Part shown: one piece after another, positions 26,545-36,620 of the stretch
Layout of the letters: every line of letters starts with the position of its first letter
How positions within the stretch are numbered: the first letter of the stretch is position 1
From: Simkaniaceae bacterium
GTDB lineage: Bacteria > Chlamydiota > Chlamydiia > Chlamydiales > JAJFMI01
Reading direction: 5' to 3'
Length of the DNA: 64,000 nt
NCBI GenBank assembly: GCA_040880145.1
Contig: JBBDIZ010000024.1
Location: forward strand, 12,423-76,422
Position numbers and translations under genes: made by a program
Notes under the pieces: model-generated
The model's input: the letters and a program-made list of their open reading frames with translations, nothing else
Databases searched by the model: none
What the model was told of the DNA's origin: nothing

Positions 26545-27519
26545 ATGGTCAAATTAGAAAAACTTTTTTCAGAAAACCGTGAGAAGCTGAAGCTTACGTT
26601 AGTTACTGGGGCAAAAGGGCTTACAAAAAGGGTCAAGGTTCCTGAAATTTATCGACCCGGTTTGAGTCTTGCAGGGTATTTGCATAGCTACTCTCCGAGG
26701 CGCATTTTGATCTTTGGCCGAGTGGAAACGGAGTATTTAAGGGAGCTTGATCTCATCACAAGGCAGAGCCGTTTGGAGGGGATTTTAGGCGATAAGGTTC
26801 CCGCTGTCATTGTCACAAGGCGGTTTAAGCCTCCTAAAGAGTTGATCCAGCTTTGCACGACTTTTGACATTCCTCTTTTTCGCTCTGCTTTACCCACTAT
26901 GGCTCTTCAAAGTCAATTGACGGTGATTATGGCGGAGGAATTTTCTCCGTCGGTGTCATGTCATGGAACTCTTGTTGAAGCATTTGGGGTCGGTGTATTG
27001 ATTCAGGGGGATTCGTCTGTCGGTAAAAGTGAGACGGCTCTTGGATTAATCGAAAGAGGGCATCGCTTGATTTCCGATGATGTCGTAAAGGTTAAAAAGA
27101 AAGAGGGCTCTTATTTGGAAGGAACCGGACCTGAATTGACCCGCCATTTACTTGAAATTAGAGGGATTGGAATTATTAATGTGGCTCATCTTTTTGGCGC
27201 GGTTTGCATCAGTGAAGAGAAGCGCATCGATATCATTGTCAAACTTGAAGAATGGGATGATGATCATTTTTATGATCGTGTCGGTTTGGAAGAAAAAAAA
27301 ATCGATATTTTAGGACTAAAAGTTCCTTATCATTTGCTGCCTGTGAAGCCTGGACGTGATGTTGTTTTACTTCTAGAAACGATTGTATTAAACTATCGTC
27401 TTAAGCAGATGGGATACAATTCTGCAAAAGAATTTAATATTAAACTTCTTGATGCTATTGCTAAAAGGCAGAAACGTAAACCGGCGCCTCTGCTTTTAAA
27501 GGCAATACACGAAACATGA
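26545..27519 (+). CDS. hprK: HPr kinase/phosphorylase
   Basis: 324 aa with the P-loop and signature GDSSVGKSETALGLIERGHRLISDDVV. Confidence 0.85.
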   Translation: MVKLEKLFSENREKLKLTLVTGAKGLTKRVKVPEIYRPGLSLAGYLHSYSPRRILIFGRVETEYLRELDLITRQSRLEGILGDKVPAVIVTRRFKPPKELIQLCTTFDIPLFRSALPTMALQSQLTVIMAEEFSPSVSCHGTLVEAFGVGVLIQGDSSVGKSETALGLIERGHRLISDDVVKVKKKEGSYLEGTGPELTRHLLEIRGIGIINVAHLFGAVCISEEKRIDIIVKLEEWDDDHFYDRVGLEEKKIDILGLKVPYHLLPVKPGRDVVLLLETIVLNYRLKQMGYNSAKEFNIKLLDAIAKRQKRKPAPLLLKAIHET

Positions 27520-27542
27520 GATGAATATGTGCAAAAGTAGCT

Positions 27543-29210
27543 ATGGTTCAAACTGATCGGGAAATCGTTATTAAAGGGGTCCCTGTAAGTACAGGTATGA
27601 CTATCGGTACACTCTTTTTCATCCCCCCAAATAGTTATGAACTTCCTATTTTTTCATTAAATTCAAGTCAGGTAGAAAATGAAATTCAGCGCTTTCGATC
27701 CGCCATTGATCAAACCCGTAAAGATCTGCTCTCATTAAAAAATTATCTTATTTCTGAAGGGCACAGAGATGCTGCAACCATTATTCAGTCGCACTTGCAA
27801 CTTCTAAGCGACCCTTTTTTAACAACTTTTGTTGAAGAGCAGGTGCTAGAGAAATTACAAAATGTGGAGAGCATTTATGATGCCGTGATTTCAAATTACG
27901 AGGGCATTTTTTCAAAAGTGAAGGATCATTTCTTTCGTGAGCGCTTTTTGGATGTAAAAGATCTCTCCTATCGCGTCCTCCGCCACTTGCTGCCAAAAGC
28001 CTCTCATCCTTTTTCAAAACTTCCCAAAAATGCAGTTATTTTTGCACAAGAGCTCGTCCCCTCTGATACGGCAGAGGCGTCTCATCATAGTGTCGCAGGG
28101 TTTGTTACATTGATGGGGGGACAAACTTCTCATGCTGCACTGATTGCAAGGGCAAAGGGAATCCCCTATATCTCCAGCGTCGATGTGACTCGCTTTAAGG
28201 AGTTTCATTTAGCCCAGGTTTTGCTCGATGCCACAGCGGGAGAGATTGTCATTTGTCCAAGTCAAAAAAGATGTCAAACTTACCGATCGACTCTTTCGAA
28301 TACGCTTCAGGCTAAAGCTCCAATTTCTTTTTCTCCACTCAAAACCCTGGATCATATCGAAGTGGATCTTTTAGCGAATATCGAATCTGAATCGGATCTT
28401 CCCCTTGTAAAAAATAGCGGCACCAAAGGCGTTGGTCTTTTTAGGACGGAATTTCTGTTTCCCTTCCACGAAATTTATCGGATCTCCCAAGATGATCAAG
28501 AGAGGGTTTATACTCAAATTGTTCAATCTTTAGATGGAATACCGGTCGTGTTTCGTCTCTTTGATATTGGTGGAGATAAGGGATTTGGTTTTATAAATAA
28601 AGAGCCCAACCCGGCTCTTGGCTGTCGAGGGATTCGATTTTTACTTAATCATCCCGATATTTTCTCTCGTCAGGTGCGTGCTTTATTGATAGCCTCAGAG
28701 TTTGGTCCTATTAAACTCTTAATTCCTATGGTCACTCATTTCGATGAGCTTCTTCGTGCAAAGTCTTTTATCTTAAGTGAAGCAAAAAAGATGAAACTAG
28801 AGGCTTCTGTTCCTGAAATTGGCGCGATGATTGAAGTTCCCTCAGCAGCTTTAATGAGTGATCGATTAGCTAAAGAGTCTGCGTTCTTCTCAATTGGAAC
28901 AAACGATCTCATTCAATATACTTTAGCAACCGATCGGTTAAATCCTAAATTTTATGAAGAGGCTTCTGAGACGCTGATTAGCGTTTTAAGGTTAATTGAA
29001 ATCATCGTAAAAAATGCGCCTAATATCCCCATTTCTGTCTGCGGAGAGTTAGCGTCTGATCTCAAGTATACCGAAATTTTGCTTGGTCTAGGAATACGGC
29101 AGTTTTCTTGCGCGCCTCCTTTTATTATGAGAATAAGAGAAAAAATTTTGACGCTCTCTTTTGAGAAGGCAGAGGCTCTTTCAAAAGAGAGGCTGAAAAG
29201 AGAAGTTTAG
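27543..29210 (+). CDS. ptsI: phosphoenolpyruvate-protein phosphotransferase (PTS enzyme I)
   Basis: 555 aa with the active-site region GGQTSHAALIARAKGIP and PEP-utilising motifs GTNDLIQYT and SVCGELA. Confidence 0.9.
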   Translation: MVQTDREIVIKGVPVSTGMTIGTLFFIPPNSYELPIFSLNSSQVENEIQRFRSAIDQTRKDLLSLKNYLISEGHRDAATIIQSHLQLLSDPFLTTFVEEQVLEKLQNVESIYDAVISNYEGIFSKVKDHFFRERFLDVKDLSYRVLRHLLPKASHPFSKLPKNAVIFAQELVPSDTAEASHHSVAGFVTLMGGQTSHAALIARAKGIPYISSVDVTRFKEFHLAQVLLDATAGEIVICPSQKRCQTYRSTLSNTLQAKAPISFSPLKTLDHIEVDLLANIESESDLPLVKNSGTKGVGLFRTEFLFPFHEIYRISQDDQERVYTQIVQSLDGIPVVFRLFDIGGDKGFGFINKEPNPALGCRGIRFLLNHPDIFSRQVRALLIASEFGPIKLLIPMVTHFDELLRAKSFILSEAKKMKLEASVPEIGAMIEVPSAALMSDRLAKESAFFSIGTNDLIQYTLATDRLNPKFYEEASETLISVLRLIEIIVKNAPNIPISVCGELASDLKYTEILLGLGIRQFSCAPPFIMRIREKILTLSFEKAEALSKERLKREV

Positions 29211-29488
29211 AAAGGAAGGTTTATTCCGTCTGATTCTTTATCTATCTTCTTATAAACTGTCTCAAGGGCATTTAAAATTAGATCTTCAAGTCCCTCAGCA
29301 TCGGTGAGAGTTTCGGGATCGATCTTTATTTTTTTGAGCTCTTTTTCTCCATTCAGGGTCACTTTAATAAGCCCCCCGGCACTTTCGCCTTCGAAAATTT
29401 TCTTTTGCAGCTCTTCTTGCATCTTTGACATTTGCTCTTCAAAAAGCTTGGCTTGCTTCTTCATTTTGGCAAAACCACTTCCCATCAT
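29207..29488 (-). CDS. ybaB: nucleoid-associated protein YbaB/EbfC
   Basis: 93 aa immediately downstream of dnaX, as is usual. The MQEELQKK...GGLIKVTLNGEKELKKIKIDPE pattern is typical of the family. Confidence 0.8.
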   Translation of the reverse strand: MMGSGFAKMKKQAKLFEEQMSKMQEELQKKIFEGESAGGLIKVTLNGEKELKKIKIDPETLTDAEGLEDLILNALETVYKKIDKESDGINLPF

Positions 29489-29552
29489 TGGCTCCTTATT
29501 CTTTTTTTACATGAACAGTCTAGCACAAACAGATTTTAGAAAGGATTGCTAA

Positions 29553-30923
29553 TTACTCTTTGAATTCTTTGTGAACGCTTCCATTGAGCTCGACCCCTGC
29601 AAAACGCAGGAGGGTTTCGTAGCGAAGCGCCTTATTAGAAGGGGGGGTGGGATCTGAACTATTTTGTTGAATTTCGGGCTTAGGCGGTAAGCTCTTGACA
29701 GAGGGGGCAGGAGTAGGAGCAGGCTTAGGCGGCAAGCTTTTGACAGCGGGGGCGGGGGCTTCTTTCAGCTGCATTTCTAAAGCGGTAAGGCGGGAAAAGA
29801 GAGATTCAATCGATATGCGGTTCTTGCTCCTTATGAGGTGGAGTAAGATGATCTCTAGCTCATAGCGCTTTAAAGATCGTTTCTGTTGTTTTGTGCTCCA
29901 TTCAATGAGATAGTCGAGGATATAAAGAAGGTGCTCTTCAGCGTAGCCTTCATTGAGCTCTCTGTAAGTTTTAAGCTCAATGGGCGAGAGCATAGGGACC
30001 TCACCGCCAAGTTTAATGGAAAGGTGCAGTCGAAAATGTTCGGAAATTGAGCGGATAAAGTGGTTGAGATCGATACCGCTTTGATAGAGTGAATCGGAGA
30101 GTTCAAATGCTTTTTTTAAGTGATGCTCCAGGATCGCTTTGTCAAGTGCAAAAAAAGGCTCTTTTGAAGGAAGGCCAATGAGCTTAATTACGAGCTCTTC
30201 AGTAATGGGGCCTTCGCAGCTCATAAGCATTTGATCGAGTAAAGACTCGGCATCGCGAAGAGAGCCTTCGCTTAAGCTCGCAATAAGAGCTAAGGCAGCC
30301 TCATCAACAGAAGCATCCATTTCATTGAGTATGGTTTTTAAAGTTTGAATAATGAGACGCTCTGGAATTCTTTTTAAATCAAATCTTTGGGTGCGGCTTA
30401 ATATGGTAGGAAGGATTTTATGCGGCTCTGTAGTTGCAAAGAAAAATTTCACTTTTTCAGGAGGCTCCTCAAGCGTTTTGAGAAGAGCGTTAAAGGCCTC
30501 TTTTGTCAACATGTGAACTTCGTCGATAATGTAAATTTTAAAGCGGCCATTTGATGGAGTGTAACTGACGCTTTCATTGATCTGGCGAATGTCATCGATT
30601 CCGCGGTTTGAGGCGCCATCGATCTCGATCACATCCAAGGAGCGTCCTTCTTTGATCTCTCTACAGGATGTGCAACGGTTGCAGGGTTCTTTTTTACCCT
30701 CATTTTCCTGGCAATTCAGCGCTTTTGCAAGAAGGCGGGCGAGTGTGGTTTTTCCTGTGCCTCTAAGGCCTGAAAACAGGTAAGCATGACAAACACGCTC
30801 TAATTTTAAAGCCTGCATGAGCGTTTGGGTAATCGGCTCTTGGCCGACAACTTCAGAAAAACGTTGGGGGCGCCACTTGCGCGCAATGACTTCATAAGAT
30901 TTCATATTTTTCCCATTGTACAA
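29553..30923 (-). CDS. dnaX: DNA polymerase III subunit gamma/tau
   Basis: 456 aa with Walker A GLRGTGKTT, a zinc module CxxCxxC, and a DEVHML box. A 45-bp duplication at 29677-29760 encodes PKPAPTPAPSVKSLP twice. Confidence 0.9.
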   Translation of the reverse strand: MYNGKNMKSYEVIARKWRPQRFSEVVGQEPITQTLMQALKLERVCHAYLFSGLRGTGKTTLARLLAKALNCQENEGKKEPCNRCTSCREIKEGRSLDVIEIDGASNRGIDDIRQINESVSYTPSNGRFKIYIIDEVHMLTKEAFNALLKTLEEPPEKVKFFFATTEPHKILPTILSRTQRFDLKRIPERLIIQTLKTILNEMDASVDEAALALIASLSEGSLRDAESLLDQMLMSCEGPITEELVIKLIGLPSKEPFFALDKAILEHHLKKAFELSDSLYQSGIDLNHFIRSISEHFRLHLSIKLGGEVPMLSPIELKTYRELNEGYAEEHLLYILDYLIEWSTKQQKRSLKRYELEIILLHLIRSKNRISIESLFSRLTALEMQLKEAPAPAVKSLPPKPAPTPAPSVKSLPPKPEIQQNSSDPTPPSNKALRYETLLRFAGVELNGSVHKEFKE

Positions 30924-31022
30924 AATAAGGACAATTATGAGCTAGATTATAGCTCAGTTTGCGGGGAATCCAGAAAGGGAGTAAAATGGGCTTATTGACG
31001 ATAACGAAGAGATAAAACAAAT

Positions 31023-33149
31023 ATGACAGAGGGTGAAAAAGAACCCCCAAAGCCCTCGAAATTAAAAGCTTGGATGAGCGAAAAAGAACGTGGCAAGAGG
31101 CTTTTTATCGCCTTTTTACTGCTTCTTTCTCTTGCTCTCTTTCTTCATTTTCGTGAGGTCAGGGTGGAAACGCTCGATCCGGATACGGCAGCTCAACGCT
31201 ATGTGGTAGCGCAAGTTGACTTTGAATTTCCTGATGAAGAGTCCTCTACGATGATCAGAAGACAAGCTTCAAGCGCGATTGGACCCATTTATCGACTCGA
31301 TACGGAAACGGTCCAGAGTTATCGGCTCAATTTTGAAAAAGAGATCGTTTCGGATCCATCTTGGAGAGCCATTATTGAAGGCGATGGCTTTGATGTCATT
31401 TATAACGCTTCTGAAAAGGTGGAAGAAATCCTTTTGGAGAGTCAGTTCACGGATCCAAGAACACTGCAGAAAATTAAAGAGCTTTCGATTTCTACAAGAA
31501 ATTTTCAGCCCTTGGTCGAAATTCAAACGGAAGAAGCCGTTGTTTTACCGCGAGAATATTGGCAACGAATTCTTCAAGATCTTCCAAAATCGAACAACAA
31601 TTTAGGAAAAGCTATTCAAAGTGCTGTTGCCTATTTTTCGAAACATGACTACCAACTTGTCCGCGATACCTATACCCAAGAGGCGATAAAGGAAGTCATC
31701 GAAGCGAAAATCCCCCCTAAATATTCTAAAGTCAAGGCAGGCTCGCCCATTATCAATCAGGGGCAAAAAGTGACCCCCCGCCATTTAGCCATGCTTCAAG
31801 GAATGAAGCAGGCACTTGCCGAGAAGCAATCCCTTTGGCGGCCAACACCCATTATTGGAAGTCTGATCTTTGCCCTTATTATTCTCTCGCTCGGGGCCTT
31901 TTATTTTGCGGCAAATCAACCGGAATTTTTTCGCTCAACAAAAAATTTATCTCTATTTGCAACAATCGTCATTCTTACACTTATCATTGCAAAAGTGACC
32001 GAATACTTTATGATCCACAACGTCAATCACTTAATTGATGACGTTCGTTATCCTCTTTTTGTTCCCTTTGCGGCCATCCTCCTTGCCGTCTTAATCAATA
32101 GTGAAATCGCTTTTTTCACTTCTGTTTTTTTAAGTGTGATTATTGGGATCAGTTTAGCATTCGAACATAATCGTATGCTTGTATTGAATTTAATCACCGG
32201 TATTGTAGCGATTGTTACGACCCGAAACTTAAGCAAGAGAAAGGAGGTTTTTGCAGTCTCTGCAAAGGTTTGGCTTGTCTCTATACCGATTTTAATTGGA
32301 TACAATTTCATTGAAAATCTCTTTTTCAATGTCACAACATTTACAGATATTTCAAGCTCGCTGATTTTTATGGTGATAACGGCGATATTAATTGTTGGGG
32401 TTTTGCCTATTTTAGAGTCCATATTCCATGTGATGACCGATATCACCCTCATGGAGTACATGGATCCAAATAATGAGCTTCTAAGAAGATTGAGCATTGA
32501 AGCGCCCGGAACCTATCAGCACAGCCTGGTAGTCGGTTCGCTTTCCGAGGCTGCGGCGCAAGCGATTGGAGCTAACGGTCTTTTCTGCCGCGTTTCAACG
32601 CTCTATCACGATATCGGAAAACTCATGAATCCTCACTATTTCACAGAGAATCAAATGGGAGGATTTAATATTCATCAACTCCTAACTCCACAAGAGTCTA
32701 CTCAGGTGATTATCGCTCACGTCCCAGAGGGTGTTGCCTTAGCAAAAAAACATGGATTGCCCGAGGGCATTATCGATGTGATCAAGCAGCATCATGGAAC
32801 CACTCTTGTCTATTACTTTTACTGCAAGATGGTGGAGCAGATGGGAGGGGATACCGATGCTGTTGAAGAAGCAAAATTCCGCTACCCCGGACCCAAACCT
32901 CGATCGAAAGAATCTGCCATTATCATGATAGCCGATACCGTTGAAGCCGCTTCACGCTCAGTTGAAGATCCTTCTGAAGATTCTTTGAATGAAATGGTAG
33001 AAAGGCTTGTTTCAGATAAGGCTGATGAAGGTCAATTTGATGAGTGTCAGTTGACTTTTGAAGAACTTGGAATCGTGAAGAAGACCATTGTGAGAACTTT
33101 AGCGGTTACTCGGCATTTGCGCGTGAAGTATCCAGAACGAAAACGATAG
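31023..33149 (+). CDS. 7TM-HD membrane phosphohydrolase, PgpH-like (candidate cyclic-di-AMP phosphodiesterase)
   Basis: 708 aa with an extracellular N-terminal domain, seven TM helices, and a C-terminal HD domain (HSLVV...YHDIGK...HHGTTLV). Confidence 0.8.
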   Translation: MTEGEKEPPKPSKLKAWMSEKERGKRLFIAFLLLLSLALFLHFREVRVETLDPDTAAQRYVVAQVDFEFPDEESSTMIRRQASSAIGPIYRLDTETVQSYRLNFEKEIVSDPSWRAIIEGDGFDVIYNASEKVEEILLESQFTDPRTLQKIKELSISTRNFQPLVEIQTEEAVVLPREYWQRILQDLPKSNNNLGKAIQSAVAYFSKHDYQLVRDTYTQEAIKEVIEAKIPPKYSKVKAGSPIINQGQKVTPRHLAMLQGMKQALAEKQSLWRPTPIIGSLIFALIILSLGAFYFAANQPEFFRSTKNLSLFATIVILTLIIAKVTEYFMIHNVNHLIDDVRYPLFVPFAAILLAVLINSEIAFFTSVFLSVIIGISLAFEHNRMLVLNLITGIVAIVTTRNLSKRKEVFAVSAKVWLVSIPILIGYNFIENLFFNVTTFTDISSSLIFMVITAILIVGVLPILESIFHVMTDITLMEYMDPNNELLRRLSIEAPGTYQHSLVVGSLSEAAAQAIGANGLFCRVSTLYHDIGKLMNPHYFTENQMGGFNIHQLLTPQESTQVIIAHVPEGVALAKKHGLPEGIIDVIKQHHGTTLVYYFYCKMVEQMGGDTDAVEEAKFRYPGPKPRSKESAIIMIADTVEAASRSVEDPSEDSLNEMVERLVSDKADEGQFDECQLTFEELGIVKKTIVRTLAVTRHLRVKYPERKR

Positions 33150-33153
33150 AAGT

Positions 33154-33957
33154 CTAATATTTTTTGTCCGGATATCGGTCGCAAATCGATTTTTTTAAGA
33201 TTTTTTCAATGATTATATCAGGGATCAGCCAACGCGAAAGAAAGAGAGCAAATCGGTAGCGCCAGTCAAAAATATAGAGGCGTTTTTCTTTTTGAATTTG
33301 TTTTAAAATCAATTTCGAGGCTTTAGAGGGAGAAAGCGCTTGCTTAGTCGGGTGCTGGGGGTAGTTTTTGGCAGCTTTTAATCGAAAGGCTGTTTCAATC
33401 TGTCCCGGGCATGCGGTTAAAATACGAATTCCAAACGGAGCCATCTCTTTGTCAAATCCAAGTGAAAAATTTGTGACAAAGGCTTTTGAGGCGCTATAGA
33501 CACAAAAAGTGGGGTAGGAAAAAAAACTTGCGGCAGAAGAGATATTGAGGATCACTCCTTTTTTTTGTTTGTTTTTCATAAACCGCGCTGCAGAAAGAGT
33601 TAATTCAAGAGTTGCTCTCGCATTGATATCTAAAATAGAGAGCTGCTCTTTAGTGCTGTGCATCAACGCCGGACCATAGAGACCGATCCCTGCATTGTTG
33701 ATTAAGAGATCAATATCCTGCTCATTCATGAGTGCCGTGAGTTCTTGACAGGTCTTAGGCTCTTTTAAATCTCCGAGGTGGGTAATCACTTCTGTTTTTT
33801 TTCGCAATATTTGAGCGATTTCATAGAGCTGGGATTGATCTTTTGCGGTTAAGATCAGTTTTGTATTAAAGTTTGCAAGCCGCTCTCCAACGTGAAGGGC
33901 AATCTCTGATGTGGCGCCCGTAATGAGGGCTGTTTTGATTTTTTCACAATTCATCAA
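33154..33957 (-). CDS. short-chain dehydrogenase/reductase
   Basis: 267 aa with the cofactor motif TGATSEIA, NNAG, and the catalytic YSASK. Confidence 0.8.
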   Translation of the reverse strand: MMNCEKIKTALITGATSEIALHVGERLANFNTKLILTAKDQSQLYEIAQILRKKTEVITHLGDLKEPKTCQELTALMNEQDIDLLINNAGIGLYGPALMHSTKEQLSILDINARATLELTLSAARFMKNKQKKGVILNISSAASFFSYPTFCVYSASKAFVTNFSLGFDKEMAPFGIRILTACPGQIETAFRLKAAKNYPQHPTKQALSPSKASKLILKQIQKEKRLYIFDWRYRFALFLSRWLIPDIIIEKILKKSICDRYPDKKY

Positions 33958-35656
33958 TTAACTTTTTAACTTTTTTTTCTAGATCCAAATCAGCTTCTTC
34001 AATGGCTTTTTGGATTGGCTTAGTGATCTCTTTTTGAGTTTGTGCATAAATTTTGAGTTTGGGTTCTGTGCCGGAGGGTCTGAAAATAAAACGATTATGG
34101 TCTTTTAAATGGAAGGCAATGACATCTGACTTTGGTAAAGGAAGAGGCTCCTTTGTTCCTTCTTTTAAATTAAGGCGCTCTTGATTCAGGTAGTCATCAA
34201 TCGAGGCAACCTCCACTCCAGAGAGCTTGCTTGGAGGATGGTTTCTTAGCTGCATCATCTTTTCGCTCATCTTCTTTTTACCTTCGACTCCCTCGAAGTT
34301 TTTTGAGAGCATGACATTTCGATAGAGACCATACTTTTCATAAATGAGATGGAGAAGATCGATAAGCGTTAAGCCTTCTTTTTTGAGTTGCAAAGCGATT
34401 TCAGCGAGAAGGAGGTTGGCTGAGACTCCATCTTTATCGCGTGCGTAAGGCCCAAGTAGATAACCTTGAGACTCTTCCGCTCCAAAAAGAAATTTATACT
34501 TCTGATTACCCTCTTCCCATTCATGTATCTTTTCCCCGATATATTTAAAGCCCGTGAGGACTTCAAAACATTTTTGATGAAAAGCTTCACTGATGATCTT
34601 AAGCAGCGATGTTGTGACTATGGTTGTACAGACCGCACCCTTTTTAGGGAGGCTTTTGTTGATTTCATGGGAGTTTAAAATGTGATAGAGAAGAATGAGG
34701 GCCATTTCATTCCCATTTAATTGTCTTGGCACGCTTTTGTGGAAGACGACGCAGCCAATGCGATCTGCATCAGGGTCATTAGAGAGGAATAGGTCCGCTT
34801 CTTCTTTAATCATTTGTTCAATGCCGAGTTGTAGAGCGTTTCTCTCTTCAGGATTTGGAAAAGGGGCGTTGGGGAAATTCCCGTCGGGGGTTGATTGCTG
34901 CTTCACTAGTGAGAGGGTTGTAAACCCGGCTTCTTTAAGGGCTAAAGGGGTCAGGGTAATTCCTGCGCCATGAAGAGGGGAGTAGATAATTTTTAATTCA
35001 TGGCCGGTACGTCGATTTTCATCGCGATAGAATTGATAAGGCAAGATTGCTTCGATAAAAGTTTTGTCAAAAGAGGCGTCTACCCATTCAAATTCATCTT
35101 TAAGAGCGATTGCAAAAGGATCGGTAATTTTTTTGACCTCATCCACAATCCCCAGGTCGTGAGGGGAAACGACTTGTGCTCCATCAGCCCAATAGACCTT
35201 ATAGCCATTATATTCGGGAGGATTGTGAGAGGCTGTAATCATGATGCCGGCAGAGCAGCCATACTGCCTAACCCCAAAGGAGACGATGGGAGTGGGACGA
35301 AGCTCCTTTGTGACATAGGCTTTCACTCCATCTGCCGCTAAAACTTGCGCCGCCTCAATGGCAAACTCCCGCGAGTGGTGGCGATTATCGTAGCTAATAA
35401 AAACTTTTGGATTTTTAAAAAATCGCTTTAGATAAAGAGAGAGACCCTTTGTTGCCATCCGAATGGTGTATCGATTCAGACGTCCAAAGCCGACCCCCAT
35501 TTTCTCTCGGACGCCGCCAGTACCAAAGCTTAGGGGTTCTGAAAAAGCCGATTGGAGCTCTGATGGATCTTCTTTTTGAAGGCGTAGAATTTCATCACGC
35601 ATTGACTGCTCAATTGGACCTTGAAGCCAGCTCTCAACATTTTTTGAAAAAGACAT
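33944..35656 (-). CDS. phosphoglucomutase/phosphomannomutase-family enzyme
   Basis: 570 aa with the active-site loop TASHNPPEYNGYK and the metal loop DPDADR. Confidence 0.85.
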   Translation of the reverse strand: MSFSKNVESWLQGPIEQSMRDEILRLQKEDPSELQSAFSEPLSFGTGGVREKMGVGFGRLNRYTIRMATKGLSLYLKRFFKNPKVFISYDNRHHSREFAIEAAQVLAADGVKAYVTKELRPTPIVSFGVRQYGCSAGIMITASHNPPEYNGYKVYWADGAQVVSPHDLGIVDEVKKITDPFAIALKDEFEWVDASFDKTFIEAILPYQFYRDENRRTGHELKIIYSPLHGAGITLTPLALKEAGFTTLSLVKQQSTPDGNFPNAPFPNPEERNALQLGIEQMIKEEADLFLSNDPDADRIGCVVFHKSVPRQLNGNEMALILLYHILNSHEINKSLPKKGAVCTTIVTTSLLKIISEAFHQKCFEVLTGFKYIGEKIHEWEEGNQKYKFLFGAEESQGYLLGPYARDKDGVSANLLLAEIALQLKKEGLTLIDLLHLIYEKYGLYRNVMLSKNFEGVEGKKKMSEKMMQLRNHPPSKLSGVEVASIDDYLNQERLNLKEGTKEPLPLPKSDVIAFHLKDHNRFIFRPSGTEPKLKIYAQTQKEITKPIQKAIEEADLDLEKKVKKLIDEL

Positions 35657-35724
35657 TTCATTTGCCTATAACCATCTTTTCTTACTATAGCTCAAAACTT
35701 ATGCTGAGATAAAGCAAATTAATG

Positions 35725-35775
35725 ATATACCGAAAATGATTCAAAATCCCAAATTTTGAATCATTTTCGGTATAT
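35725..35775. repeat. perfect 23-bp inverted repeat with a 5-nt spacer (divergent member of the TTTCGGTATA family)
   Basis: ATATACCGAAAATGATTCAAAAT cccaa ATTTTGAATCATTTTCGGTATAT. It lies between the 35798 gene stop and the pgm-family gene start. Confidence 0.85.
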
Positions 35776-35797
35776 AGGCAAGATAGATATTTGGCAA

Positions 35798-36118
35798 TTA
35801 AGCGCAGCAGCAGTAAACAAGAATAAGAAAAATCAAAATAGCAGGTAATCCACCTGCGACTAATAGGGTTGCCGTGTAAGCGAATACAGCAAAAGAGATA
35901 GAAATCATCAGCACAGTAAGAACCACGCATCCGAGAATAAACAGTCCAGTGATCATTAGGCAGCTACACCCTGCAGTAAGTTCCATGCAATCGTTAGCAG
36001 CAGAGCTAATGTCTAGATCGAAGAGGTTCGAATTCTGAACGTTCTCATCATCTTGCAAAGCATGTGATATATATATGTTTTGGGCTTGTGGTGAATTTAA
36101 ACTGTTCTCTACACCCAT
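35798..36118 (-). CDS. hypothetical small membrane protein with a C-terminal ~60-aa hydrophobic domain (Inc-like)
   Basis: 106 aa with a polar N-terminal 45 aa, then LMITGLFILGCVVLTVLMISISFAVFAYTATLLVAGGLPAILIFLILVYCCCA. Confidence 0.45.
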   Translation of the reverse strand: MGVENSLNSPQAQNIYISHALQDDENVQNSNLFDLDISSAANDCMELTAGCSCLMITGLFILGCVVLTVLMISISFAVFAYTATLLVAGGLPAILIFLILVYCCCA

Positions 36119-36221
36119 AAGAAACCTCTTTTTTTGGATAATTTCTCATATTTTAAGATTATGTTTATTTAAAACCAAGAATTTTTTTTTTTGACGTGGG
36201 TGCAAAACTGCAGTGCCGCTC

Positions 36222-36394
36222 CTATAGTCGATTAAATCTTAAATGATAAAAATGGACTCAGCGAGACAAAGCTAAATAAAGCCGCAGGGCATAGGCCGAC
36301 GAAGCCTTGCCCAAGTGGGCGAGATGAGGAGAAGGATCCATTTAGCAAAGTCGTAGCAAGTTCATTTTTATCATTTAAAATTTAATCGACTATA
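36222..36394 (+). mobile_element. MITE-like palindromic element, copy 1 (~173 bp)
   Basis: ~35-bp terminal inverted repeats tatagtcgattaaatcttaaatgataaaaatggac / gttcatttttatcatttaaaatttaatcgactata. There is no ORF. A second copy lies at 38971-39133. Confidence 0.6.
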
Positions 36395-36620
36395 ACAGAA
36401 CAAACGATGCAGAAAATTGCAGCTAATATAGTACAAAAGTTTAAAGAAGGAGAGGCGAAAAATGCACTAAAAGCTTTTTTTTTAGCTCCTGAGCCTTGTT
36501 CAGAAAACTGAATTTACTATCATCCTCTTCTTGAGAAAGATTATAATTATTTATAAAACTATTTTTTTCAATTATATTTGAATTGTTCATCTTTCAACCT
36601 AATTAATTATTAAGATAAAG

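Noticed and set aside
35725-35775. The perfect 23-bp hairpin read as a bidirectional rho-independent terminator.
   Set aside because: No T-run follows the stem on either strand. It shares its termini with the dispersed repeat family, so it is reported there instead.
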